A stretch of 47,063 bases of DNA from the NCBI GenBank assembly GCA_001687465.1, contig LVLI01000287.1:1-47063 (forward strand). Direction: 5' to 3'. A program made the position numbers and the translations under genes. This stretch comes from Halocafeteria seosinensis (taxonomy: Eukaryota). Of the stretch, positions 21,829-33,014 are shown piece by piece. The number at the start of each line of letters is the position of its first letter. The first letter of the stretch is position 1. The notes under the pieces are model-generated. The model searched no databases, had not been told where the DNA came from, and saw only the letters and a program-made list of their open reading frames with translations.

Positions 21829-23349
21829 TTATTGATCAACTTCATGGTGCCTAAACGCTCCCCAGTAACTCGAGCACACTAACGAAGGGGGGTGCCATTG
21901 TAGCCAAGCCAACATCGTATTAAATTCGAACATCCGATTATCCTCCCATACTTTTTCACTATTCAATGCGATATCTCGGACATAATCTTGAAACCATTTT
22001 CGCGGAAACAACACTGGATTATTCGTCCAGTTGGTGTCCTGTGATGTATAACAGTAACTCTTTGGGTCCTCGGTACCTGCATCGTGGTAACAGGCGAATG
22101 TGAATGGTGTCATCAAAGGAGCATCGATATCAAAGCAAATGCTTTACATTGGACCACTCTGCCTTTGGCATGTTTAATAATATCTGGATCGCAGTAAATA
22201 AAGAGCCAGTTCATGTGGTCGCCAAACCCACCGCTTGACCTCCAATTCGAATTGTAAGGGCATGTTCTCTCGGGATTTTGGCAACAATCAGGCATACCCT
22301 CCGTTGGATGATCGCGTTTTCCCCGTAGTCTGTATTTCGCCAGCAGGTATATTCAAGATGATACCATGCCTTTTTCGGTCGTAATGCTGTGTACTCCACC
22401 TACCTGTATACATCTACCCCATGCACAAGGTGTTCGAACGCTGTCCATAATTCATCAAGCAGTACGCTTTGGGAGGTCATTACTTCGAAATCTTTCTCCA
22501 AGAATAGAATGTAATCGGAAGTGCTGCCAGACGAGCAAAATATAATGGCGTCAGTGACCATCATCGAACACACACCACACGTACCTGTTGCCCACTAAAT
22601 ATGCCAGACTCGGCCCTGCCATGATGTTGCCACCCCGCTCTGAAGTAGTGAAGATAGTGAATCCGTAAGTATTTGCCAAGTTGACATCCTCCTGAAATAG
22701 ACAAGCAATTAGCAAAAATAACTGTGTACGTTGCCACGGTAAGGTAACTCCCCTCATTGCTTCTCGCTCTTACCTGAGACGGGCTGTTGATGAAGATGAA
22801 CTTTTCTTCCGCCACTTCGAGCAACCCTGTTTTGTGCCATGTTTTCAATGAATGCGCTAAAGATTTGGGCGCTTTATACGTCACCACCGCCAAGGCCAAG
22901 GATTTGGAAGCCACTTCATCCAAGGTCACATTGGCTGTATGCCCACACAAGTAGTGGTCCGTAAACGAGTGCAGTTTAAGGTTACTCTCCCCCATCGCCC
23001 GCGCTAATTTGGACCTCTTGGCACGAGGGAGAGACATATCTTTGGACGTCCCCAGCGCCGTCCTGGCTGAGCGTAGAACCTGACTTTCAGCGTTCTCAAT
23101 GGCACTTTGTATAGCTGCTTCATCCTTTTGCGCGATATAGAACACCAGTCCCAAAAACGCCATTACTATGACCAACAGCTTGCCACACGATAAAGCGGCG
23201 TCGCAGTGCCAAGAGACACGTAAACGCCTCTTTGGGGGATCGATGGAGCCATCGGCTTTGGGCGCCGAAGGGGTCTTCGCGATCCAAATACCATTGCGCA
23301 GCTCTCCACCACCACTACTAGGGCTATTGGTAAACGATGGACGGCTCAT
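21829..23349 (-). CDS. Type II membrane glycosyltransferase-like protein (multi-exon)
   Basis: N-terminal TM (LLVIVMAFLGLVFYIA), then LAVVTYKAPKSLAHSLKTW, GNIMAGPSLAYLV, YILFLEKDF and a Cys/Trp-rich luminal domain with WTNNPVLF; GT-AG introns link the ORF pieces. Confidence 0.55.
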
Positions 23350-23576
23350 ATTATACTACAACTACTTAAATATTGATGTTTTTTTCCTTTATCATTAACA
23401 ATAACAATTGACACGGACTGGGGAACTGCCAAGCCTGGCTGTATGGACCCATCTAGTCTATCTAGATTTCACAGTATATCCTCTGAAATTTTCCACAAAA
23501 AATGGTAGCAACAGCTACCACGAGATGCCCTCTTATAAATCGCAACTATTCAGTATAGACAGTGAGATGGTAAAAG

Positions 23577-25718
23577 TCAAGCAAATTCTGAATTGGCTTC
23601 TTGTTGGTCCTTACTCTGTAACTCTTTCAGCTGCTCTTCGACAGCCTTGAAACTATTACCATCTGCCAGAATGCGTTCGGCAACGCGCAATGCTTCATTG
23701 GCATTCCTTTTGATAGCATAGAGTCCAAGATCTTGAATTTCACCCTCATGCTTGATCACTGTGCGATAAAAGGAAGCCCTCCCTGCACCCCCGGATATAC
23801 TATGAACCCCCGATTTCTTCGGCAATGGCAACGTCGATGAGTTCTTCCCACTTTTGGGTGATGAAGCTTTCGCTCCCTTCTTCTGTTGGGAAGACCCGCC
23901 CACAACAGCATGATTATTAGCCTTTGTACCGGCAGAACGTCCCTGTTTGCGGGGACGAGTACTCTCTTTCGGTTCAACAGTTGAAGGGGCACCGTGTCTC
24001 CTCACTCGCCGACCGAATAGCCCTCCACAGACCGGTAATCTGGACCCCACCATGGCAGCAGCGCGACTATTACCCGATAAGACTCTCCGCGACTTATATA
24101 AAACAGAGGTACAATCTTCCACTTCTATTCTTTTACCCAGTAAAGCAGATATAATTGTTGCCAATCCAGTTTCAAAAATCAGTCGTGCTTCATCATAGCT
24201 CCGATAAGCACCCAAATGGAACATCCATCCTCTGTACTCCAGAGAGACTTCCCATCTCAGTAAAAATTTAGAGTCTGTGTGTAAAATGGCAAATGGGGAG
24301 ATAACGCCTTCATTTTGAGCCTTCTGCACCGCTGTTTCTTCTGTATCGTTGAACTCAGCCGAACCCCCTTCAGTGCCAAACCCGTTGTAAAGTGCGACGC
24401 ACTCTTCTTCTCGATCGTTCATTGACGCCGACGTTTTTTGCTGAGCGGAACCCCCTTTGCTATCCTTGTTAGTCGGAGCATACTGACTGTAGAGCGGAGG
24501 CCATGCAGTGCTAGCCCCTGTAGCACGTGAATATCGATCGTGGTTTTCCGGTGCTTTTTGAGGCCCAACTTTAACACTCCTAGAAGAATGATAGGCGGAA
24601 AGAGATTCTAAGATACGTTGCTGGAGCGAGTCTTGCAAAGAATGGACGTCCTTCAAGGTTGCATCCAATAAGAAAGCCGGCGGGTTTGTCAAATTGTAAG
24701 GACGGAAATAAAACCTTCTCGAAGTGTGAAAGTTGCTTCTCTGGCTGCCATCGTGATTATCACTACCCATGGTAGCACTACCATGGGTATTCTGCGGGGA
24801 GCTGCTGCTTGTTTGTATAGACGACTGAATAGGGGATGAATCCGCAGGATAGGAAGCAGAATAAGCCGTGGCATATACGGATACCACTTTGTCTTGGTGA
24901 TCTGCACTAGGTATGTCTCCAGCATTCATAGCTTGTCCCTCCTTTTCCAGTTCTACATTTCTGACAACTTTCAATTGAGGATCGTCCTTGTAGTCGTTCA
25001 AAGACAGAACATGCGAAGAAACTGCCACCTGTGGTGCTTGAGACGCCCAGCTAGGTTGCATTGAGGGTGGCATTGGAGGATGCCAGCCAGGGGCAATTTT
25101 CCGATGAGATTGCTGAGCTAACCCTTGCGCTTGTCGATAATCATTTTTCAATTGAGCCCCTTGTGGCTGTGCATAGGCAGCTTTTCCCGCTGCGTTGGAG
25201 GCAGTCTGCACTAACGCTGGCGGAGAGGTATTTGTAGCATGAGCCTTTTGCGCTGCAGCTTGAGCCGATGGTTGCCATGCATTACCTCCAGGCTGGCGCT
25301 GTTGCTGAATTTGTACATGTTGATCGTCTTCTTCCGTATCTGATTCTGTTTCAGACCCTGAAGAGCTGTCCCCAGAGCCTGATTGAGTTGAGGACCCACT
25401 GCTGGAGTCCTCTCGAGGCCTTTTCCCGTTGTTTACCGGTCTATTTAGCGCAGCACTGTTGGTTGTAGTTGGCCGATGCACAGACTGAGTTGTTTGGGAC
25501 TTATCAACTGAATGTTGTTGCTGAGAGGAATTTGCCGTTCTTGAGGCATTCTGCGGCGTCTGTTGCTCCTCATTGTCCGATGAATACGCTGTCGACGAAC
25601 CATCAGATGATGTCCGCGATGATGACGAGCCGACACTCTCTCTGTCATCCTCTTTTGACTTCGTATGGGCGTCATTATCATTAGGACCTGCTGGTGTCCC
25701 AGAAGCTGAAGAGGACAT
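23577..25718 (-). CDS. Low-complexity protein with two AP2/ERF-like DNA-binding domains (putative transcription factor)
   Basis: WEVSLEYRGWMFHLGAYRSYDEAR and GVHSISG...YRTVIKHEGEIQDLGLYAIKRNANEA fit the AP2 W-x-a-x-I...LGxFxxxxEA pattern; 713-aa open frame. Confidence 0.6.
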   Translation of the reverse strand: MSSSASGTPAGPNDNDAHTKSKEDDRESVGSSSSRTSSDGSSTAYSSDNEEQQTPQNASRTANSSQQQHSVDKSQTTQSVHRPTTTNSAALNRPVNNGKRPREDSSSGSSTQSGSGDSSSGSETESDTEEDDQHVQIQQQRQPGGNAWQPSAQAAAQKAHATNTSPPALVQTASNAAGKAAYAQPQGAQLKNDYRQAQGLAQQSHRKIAPGWHPPMPPSMQPSWASQAPQVAVSSHVLSLNDYKDDPQLKVVRNVELEKEGQAMNAGDIPSADHQDKVVSVYATAYSASYPADSSPIQSSIQTSSSSPQNTHGSATMGSDNHDGSQRSNFHTSRRFYFRPYNLTNPPAFLLDATLKDVHSLQDSLQQRILESLSAYHSSRSVKVGPQKAPENHDRYSRATGASTAWPPLYSQYAPTNKDSKGGSAQQKTSASMNDREEECVALYNGFGTEGGSAEFNDTEETAVQKAQNEGVISPFAILHTDSKFLLRWEVSLEYRGWMFHLGAYRSYDEARLIFETGLATIISALLGKRIEVEDCTSVLYKSRRVLSGNSRAAAMVGSRLPVCGGLFGRRVRRHGAPSTVEPKESTRPRKQGRSAGTKANNHAVVGGSSQQKKGAKASSPKSGKNSSTLPLPKKSGVHSISGGAGRASFYRTVIKHEGEIQDLGLYAIKRNANEALRVAERILADGNSFKAVEEQLKELQSKDQQEANSEFA

Positions 25719-26931
25719 GATTCACGCTCTACTGATGGCTTCCGGTTTATGTATGGGCCCATACGACCCAACAAATGCAATGGATCATAATGGACGCGAA
25801 ATTGTGGACAACACTGCATTATACGCACTGTAAACCCTTTGTAATGTAATAGAACGGCAGGTGAGCGAAATGATTGACACCTTTGAAGAAACATCATGAA
25901 CTTCAGTTCAGACGGTCCTGTCAGAAACACATCTGGGACCTCCCACTCCCATCCTGAAGGGGTTATGCCTATTGGGGAGTCACTAGGAGCCTTTGATGGC
26001 AATGCAACATATCCGAATGGGAACAAGAATGTGAAATGTGTATAAACCAACTTGGCTTGATTTGTGCTACCAACAAGTTGCCGACAATATCTAACTTCTA
26101 CCTACACAGAAGCAAAGTATCGAGAGAACACAGTGGCCATAGTATGCAATGTCTGTTGTTGTAAGTGTCATTCTATCATTCCGTGTTCTTCTGAGTGAAG
26201 TGCTGTATTTCTACGAGACGTAGAGACTTCAGGAGGCAGGGCCACTCCCATCTCGTACGAGGGAAATCCCAGATACATGCGCTGCCATAACAATACATGA
26301 TGCGACCACCAATACCGGTTTCGGTGGTATGATTGATATCTCATGGAAATGTATATGGAAATATCGATTGTATAGACCAATGCATATACTTCTTTTTCAT
26401 ACCATATACATGGTAGCTTCCCCTCCTGTGGCGACATTGGAAAGCGGCGCAATGGCTTCAAAAATGAGAGTCCATTTCCCTTGTCGAGTCTCCGTTTCCT
26501 GGAAATTCGAAGAGACCATCGCACATACCAACACTGAATAGTCTCGTTGATATGCAAATTTTTGACTTACCTGGGATACCGGAACCCAAATGGACATACT
26601 GAGACACTTATAACACTTAGTGGCTAGAAATGATCTTATTTATCGAGAGATTGTTTGGTATCGGCTTGCATTGGGCGTCGACAGTTAGAGTATTACAGCT
26701 TCACTGTCTTGCTTCGGCCGCTGACTCGGGCCACCACGTCGCCAGAACTTGCGTGGTTCGGCCGCTTCCCCGCTCCGTCGTATTCACGGGACAAACGTGG
26801 CCACTGAATTGATCCTATGAATATTACGACAAGCATTGTAATGAGGCTATGGGAGAGCGCGGAACCACAAATGCTATTTGCTAACCATTCAACAAGACAC
26901 GTCTTCCTGTAGGAGCAGTACCAATACTCAT

Positions 26932-28378
26932 TCAACAAGTGTCCACTGACCTGTCATCTGGGTAACCGACAAGCAAACGTTCTGGAAACCGACTGTATAG
27001 CAGCCGCGAGAACCCACTGACGTTTGTTTGATCTGTTGGCGCTGCCATGCCTATATGGAAGTCTTTATTGAGAATCCATGCATTAAAAAAGGATATCGAT
27101 ATCGTACTTCCAAGGACAGCGCCCAACGATACATCGACAACACGGTGTCGGTTATCCCAAACTCGAGTCGCCGCGACCCACGTTGCCAACAACAGTGGTA
27201 ACACAGACAAACAGGCTCTAATGAGAACTCTAGAAAACCAGCTAAAGGGGGAAAACTGATAGTCTGTTCTGTCAGTATTGCTTGCCACCATGCTCCCATC
27301 TTGGTTCCTGGAACTTAGAGACAACGCAAAAGACAGGAAATGGTACAGCCAAAGAGCAAGAAAGGACATCCCTGCAAAACTAGAAGATGAATGTCCAGAG
27401 ACGAACGATTTCATTCCATTGTGAACATCCTCGGTGGACCCTCGGCATTTGTCTATACTACCCAGACTGAGCGGGTCCGTCTCGCTGATATATTCGCTGA
27501 AATCTCCTTCCTGCTAACAAGCATCATCTAGCGAGCTGCATATCTTAACAAATAAAACATGTACTGTTCAATACGAAAGCTTACGTTGAATGCCTTCCGA
27601 AATCCTTCATAGTCGCATCTGGAAGGCAAACGCAATACTCATATGACTTCAGTGACGGTTTCTGCTTCACGGCCTTATACCCATACAAATAGAAAAAGCA
27701 CGGACGCTTTGACCCTATCATATCCTTTAGGATTGCTGTTGCAATGTTGTTAACCAAGTCTGTAAGCGCATTGTAACAACTGACTGAAGCACCGTTATTA
27801 GCCGAAACTCGGTTGGTGCTTACAAGCAGTGACCAACGTGCTCAGAATGGGGAGAACCGGCCTTAACCGCAGTGCATAGCAGATCCCCTTGCCATTGACG
27901 CAGTACGAATGAGCAAATAAGATGCTCGAAAAGATTACGAGCGCTGGAACTACCAGTGAGAGGAAAACCATGAGGCCTGACGAAATAGTTTCGCGTGCTT
28001 CAAAGCTCAATCCAGGGTCCCTCTCATAAAAGTCGTTTTCTACGGGAGATATTTGCCCATGATGAAGGCCCTGTCAGACACGGCATTTAGGAGTAAAAAT
28101 AAGCAGAAATTCACCTTTGGCTAATTATGGCAGCACAGGAAGATATAAAGCACTCCCGTTAGCTGCGCACCTACCTGCTGAAGCGGCAGTAAGAGCAGTG
28201 GAGCCACCACGTAGGTCCATCTAGTGTACAATGTCCTCGACTGACTCGATTCTGAATATCTTGTATGGGAAGATTCAGCTGGAGTGGACTCTACATCATG
28301 TGCATGCCCGATAAGGTTCTCATGGTCCTCACATGAAGTGGTGGTTACACCGGTGTGAGACATTGTTTGCGATTTCAT
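26932..28378 (-). CDS. PAP2-family lipid phosphate phosphatase (multi-exon)
   Basis: Three catalytic motifs: KDMIGSKRP (~27704-27730), KSFVSGHSS and TRVWDNRHRVVDV, with intervening TM helices. The start is approximate. Confidence 0.85.
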
Positions 28379-28561
28379 GGCTACTACAGGGAATGAATAC
28401 CGCTCTTTCAGTGTAACCAAAGGTACCGATACCCAAGATATCTATTCAAACCTATCTGATCCCTCTTTTTCTACGAGCTCCAGCGACTAGAACTTCAACC
28501 TACGTCCTCAGCGATGTGAATGAGCAAAAGCGAGGATCAAACGCTAATGCAGAGCCATATT

Positions 28562-30443
28562 TTACTGTTTTGCACGGGGAGAAAACTTGCGAGCTTCCGT
28601 AAGAACATGCTCACTAGCAGCAACCAGGGATTGTACACGATCGCGATCAGACGAGTAACTGGATGTCGTACTCGTGGTCTGTGGTTTGGAAGCATGAGAA
28701 TCCATGCCATGAGTGTGTGGGGATGGTATGCGATCAAAATCGAAACGGTCGTGGGCTGGAACAGGTGCACCATTCCTGACATCTCGGATGCTCGTCTCTT
28801 CACCCGAAGCATTACTGTTTGACGCCCGTAGCTTGCGTTGAAATGTCCGCAGCGACTGCGGCGAAACCACAGGCGCAGATGACTCTCCGGGGTGCTCGTC
28901 TCCTTGGATTGGCCCGTGCTTATCATCTTCCCAAGAAACATTTTGAGATGATAGAACATGGCTAGATGTAGAGTGTGTGGTTTGGGTCGGTGTCGAATCT
29001 GTGGTCATTGCAGTATAGCGCGAGGCCGATAGTCCAGTCGATGTTGTAGATCCATTGCCACTACTGTGAGATTCGCCATATGCGCCACCATACGGGTGAG
29101 AAGCACTTTCAGTGACGCTACTGAGAGCTGTGGCAAGATCTTCTAACGCATGGTTACTCGAGAATTGAACCACGCCTCCTGCGTTCTCGTACTCTTTGGA
29201 TAGTTGGACAAGTTCTTGAGTGGCTTTCACTAGCTTTGCTAGCTTCTGCCGTGCTTCTAGCAACTCGAGATCTCGCTGTGTAACCCGTTCATTCGCGACA
29301 TTCAGGTTGTGCGATAGCTCGAGGATACGGTTATATAAATTATGCAACTCATCTCGCTTTGCTTGTATTGATTCCCTTTCTGCATTTGGTACACAACGCT
29401 CTTCTCAATGTCATCCGGACAGAAGTTGGAGGAGCTAAGCAAAACTCACTTTGCCTGAGCACATTATCTAAGTGCTCTGCCATCTGTTTGGCGGTAGCTT
29501 CCGTATGCTTCCGTTGCTGCAGTCACCGGGTACCGACACAATGAGCCAAGAAAGCACTAGCTTCTCAAATAACAGCACTCACCTGCACTTCCCGAGAGGC
29601 TTGATAAAGCACCCAGTGAGAGTGGGCAAGAGGGTCCATCTCTTTCCGTTCTGGGGAAACAGAATGCGCAACGGGACGTGTTATGTTTGGAGATCCCGCA
29701 TCATTTCCAAGTTTCTCCAGGGAATCCAGAGAATGCTGGAACTCAGCACGAGATGGTAGTTCCAGAGGCGCAACTTCCGCGTCGAGAGATTGTCGTGCAG
29801 AGCCTGGAGTAGACTGGAGTTCTCTGTTAGGAACAAAACCACGCAAGCGACATGTTTTCAAAAGAGTTAATAAATATATCCTGAGTAAATTCCATCACCT
29901 ACGATGCTCTAGATCTATCCAAAGCTTGATAGCGGAGGAATTCACCTGTGCCAAACAAACCGGGTCTTAGTGTGCGGGTCCACGATATGATGGGAAAACT
30001 GCACGCAACGTACGCTCTCTCTCGGTGCGTAACCTGGAGACGGAATGGAGTTGTTCTTGAAGCATCTGTCGGCGTTGGACTAATTGCTGTCGTAATTCCT
30101 TCATCAGCTTCCTCTCGCGTGGAGTTAACCGTTGGCCCTGTTGGAGCTTGTTTCTCAAGTGTTCGGCGTAGTTGTCAGGAGCGATGCTTGAGCTAACTGG
30201 CACCGAATTCCGTTGTTGTCCTCCTGCATCTTCGGTTAAGTCTTCCCTGGGAGGTGTATGTGGTCTGTCAGATGGCGGGGGAGGAGGAGGAGGCTTCAGA
30301 ACGCCATCTTGGTGGACGTGCGTTCCGAAATCTAAGTACTCTGGACGCTTTCCCGAGTGCTGAGAGCCCTCTGTTTGCTCATTCAGGTCATTCTCATCAT
30401 AATAACCTTTCAGCAGACGGTCGAGTTGCTGCTGTAGGGACAT
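28562..30443 (-). CDS. Coiled-coil protein of unknown function (multi-exon)
   Basis: Consecutive minus-strand ORFs (29967-30446, 29565-29861, 28562-29347) with a poly-Pro tract and heptads, separated by short GT-AG candidates. Confidence 0.55.
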
Positions 30444-31770
30444 CACGGCGTATGTAATGGCTTGAACAACACCCCGGCTAGGACGTTGACCAGTCGCATG
30501 CAGTCGTCCACTGTGATAATCTATTCACACCGCTGAATTACGCATTGATACCTTCCAACGAATGTTGATGAATTCCATTCTTTGCATCATATTAACACAC
30601 CTAACCATTCATGTACTAAAGGTATTGGTATATCATCAGTCTGGAATGCACAAACTCCACTTCAAGCCCAACTTGGCTAACTTTGCCATTGGCAATTGCC
30701 TTCCGACTGGAAGTTCCAAGGTTGAATACAGCTGTGATCATTCTTCGCGAAGACCGTCGACGCCCACTTGCCCTTCGTTCTTTTCTTTAGCTTGTGCTGG
30801 ATGTGACAAGACTTAGCCGCTAGCCAACGACGTCACAGTGTGCATGGTTCAACAGGTAGGATACTGTAGATGAGACGAGTAATTGGAACGGGAAACAATT
30901 CACAAAATTTGTAACACAAATACAATTTGGAAACGAGTCCCGCTCTATTTCAGTCCAGTTTGGCATACATAGGACAAACTAACGGAATACGGACCATACC
31001 AGTCGATGCATATTTATATGGTCTCAATAGTATCATTGGAGTGTTGTGGAAATGTACATTCATGCTGATCTCCGCGAGAAAGTAGCCTCGACGTAACTGT
31101 ACAATACAAATGTAAATTGCACCAGAATGGACCACTGTTATCCTTCAGTACAATCGGCATTGACAGTGCATTCACCATGTCAACACTCACTCAGCGTATC
31201 GCTCATCGTTCGAAGTTTGATGTCGCCTCAGCGAAGCAACGTTTCCCGAAGCGAACATAATGGAATCTTGACTAGACGTCTTCCGGGAAGCATTTCCACA
31301 AGCTCCCTGCAGTAGGACCCTCCTCCTGGATTGCCACTCATCATGAACAGCAAACTTCCTCGCGCCTCAACTTGCCCTCAAGACAGGAAGTTGTGGATGC
31401 AAGGAGAGTGGGAGGTAAGTACATCACATACTGCATAGGACTTTTTTTTTAAATAAGGAGTAAAGCTGCGTATTTAGACCCGCAGGAGCTCGGGAAACTT
31501 TCTTCTTGTATAGAGTGGAAGAGCGCAAACATGGCTGGAGGACTGAAACCGCAGACAAAGCAAAACGCGGAAGACTAAGCGGAAAGCTATTTCAAAGTGG
31601 TGGAAATGCGCAACCTAGATGGAACGCATTAAGCATGATGCAAGTACACAAGCCTGATGCGAGTAGGAAGGCAAATACAGCCCTTTGGAATTGTGGCGAA
31701 GCATTGTTTCATACTCAAGGTGATGGACACAATACACTAAAAGACGAATCGACGGCATTTCATATAGAAA

Positions 31771-32520
31771 ATGAAAAAGCTACTTAAAAATTGTTTTGCG
31801 GAACCAAGGGTGTTGATAAACCCTTAGAGGAAGCAGGCTGGGTTGTTACATCTCTCGATAATGATCCAAAAACTAATCCAACAATTATGGAAGACATTCT
31901 CAAACTTGACTACAGAAGTCGCTGGCAACCAAGAGAATTTGAGGTAGTTTGGGCATCTCCGCCTTGTACAGAATACAGTCAGATGAGAAACATTTCTATC
32001 GCTCATGGCGTCCGATCGGAATCTAGAGTTTGCCAACAGTATCGTCGCAAGAACGTTAGACTTGGGACACTACCTTCGGCCCAAGTTCTGGTTCTTAGAA
32101 AACCCTGACACTGATTACTTAAATTTCAAGAGCTGGTGAAGGATATTCCTTTTGTTGGAGCGTTGTAAATATGGCTATCCTTATCGGAAAAGAACTAGGT
32201 TCTGGAAGGGTTAGACCTGAAGATGTGCGAATACGACTGACTAGGCGCAGGCATGGCTCCTCCTCCGATGCCTCCTGAACAAAACCAGTGTTGTGTTCCC
32301 TCACGGCGCATGTCAGCAAGACTGCAGGAACAGCGGGCTCGTCGCTGCNTAACATACCGCTCCTCATTAAGAGGATGTGGTCAACTCCTCGGCCGGTGGG
32401 CTATCTGTCACATATGTGTGTGCGACTGACTATACCTCGGGAAAAACCTTCCGAAGAAGACACCTAGCAGTAGTTACTGGAACTCGAAACGATGATTCGA
32501 TGGGGTATCCATGGGTATCG
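31771..32520 (+). pseudogene. Frameshifted small C5 cytosine DNA methyltransferase (viral/mobile-element type)
   Basis: Motif I MKKLLK/LFCGTKG, motif IV VWASPPCTEYS, motif VI RPKFWFLENP and motif VIII CKYGYPYRKRTRFW lie in shifting frames. No introns; interrupted by the 179-bp insertion. Confidence 0.85.
32244..32422 (+). mobile_element. 179-bp 3' fragment of the (TG)n-tailed retroelement, inserted in the DNMT pseudogene
   Basis: Ends ...GGCCGGTGGGCTATCTGTCACATATGTGTGTG; perfect 10-bp TSD CGACTGACTA (32234-32243 / 32423-32432). Confidence 0.93.
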
Positions 32521-32582
32521 CCCTTTCACAACCACTTTGAATCAACGGCATTCAACCTCTCCCGAGCTACCTATGTTAAGAG

Positions 32583-32631
32583 TACACACACACAGCACGC
32601 GCGCGCGCGCGTGTGTGTGTGTGTGTGTGTA
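32583..32631. repeat. Quasi-palindromic (CA)n(CG)n(TG)n alternating purine-pyrimidine tract
   Basis: A (CA)n run, then a (CG)n run, then a (TG)n run, read directly from 32583-32631. Confidence 0.9.
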
Positions 32632-33014
32632 CGTATGTATGTAGCCTTGACACCACAGTCACTGAACTTCTCGCTGAAGTACTTCCAGTGGCCACGTACT
32701 TCCACTCAGCCAACTTCACAAACGTATCCCCTTTGTATTTGTCCTCTAGCATTACGCGTGTCTAGGTACAAGCGTATGAGCCTTCTTATTGCTATTCTCT
32801 TTTACTAGATGAACTAGATATTGTGGTAGGTGTAGTGTATAGCGTTTGTGGTGGGCTCTGTCGCCACACTGGATTTGAAGTACAACTTCACGATCATTCA
32901 GTGTTGTTATGCGCATTGCTAGACGATGCTATAATGTCAATACGTGAATAATTTGTAATTTTTTGTTCCTATTGACTTCTTCTTGGCGTCAAAGGGTCAA
33001 ATTACTGATATACG

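Noticed and set aside
25720..26930. Possible small spliced minus-strand gene between the AP2-like and PAP2 genes
   Set aside because: Splice-like signals exist (e.g. GTAAGT at ~26570), but I could not build a convincing frame or recognise a product.
32244..32422. Hammerhead or HDV ribozyme in the element 3' region
   Set aside because: No CUGANGA...GAAA core or convincing HDV pseudoknot found by eye on either strand.
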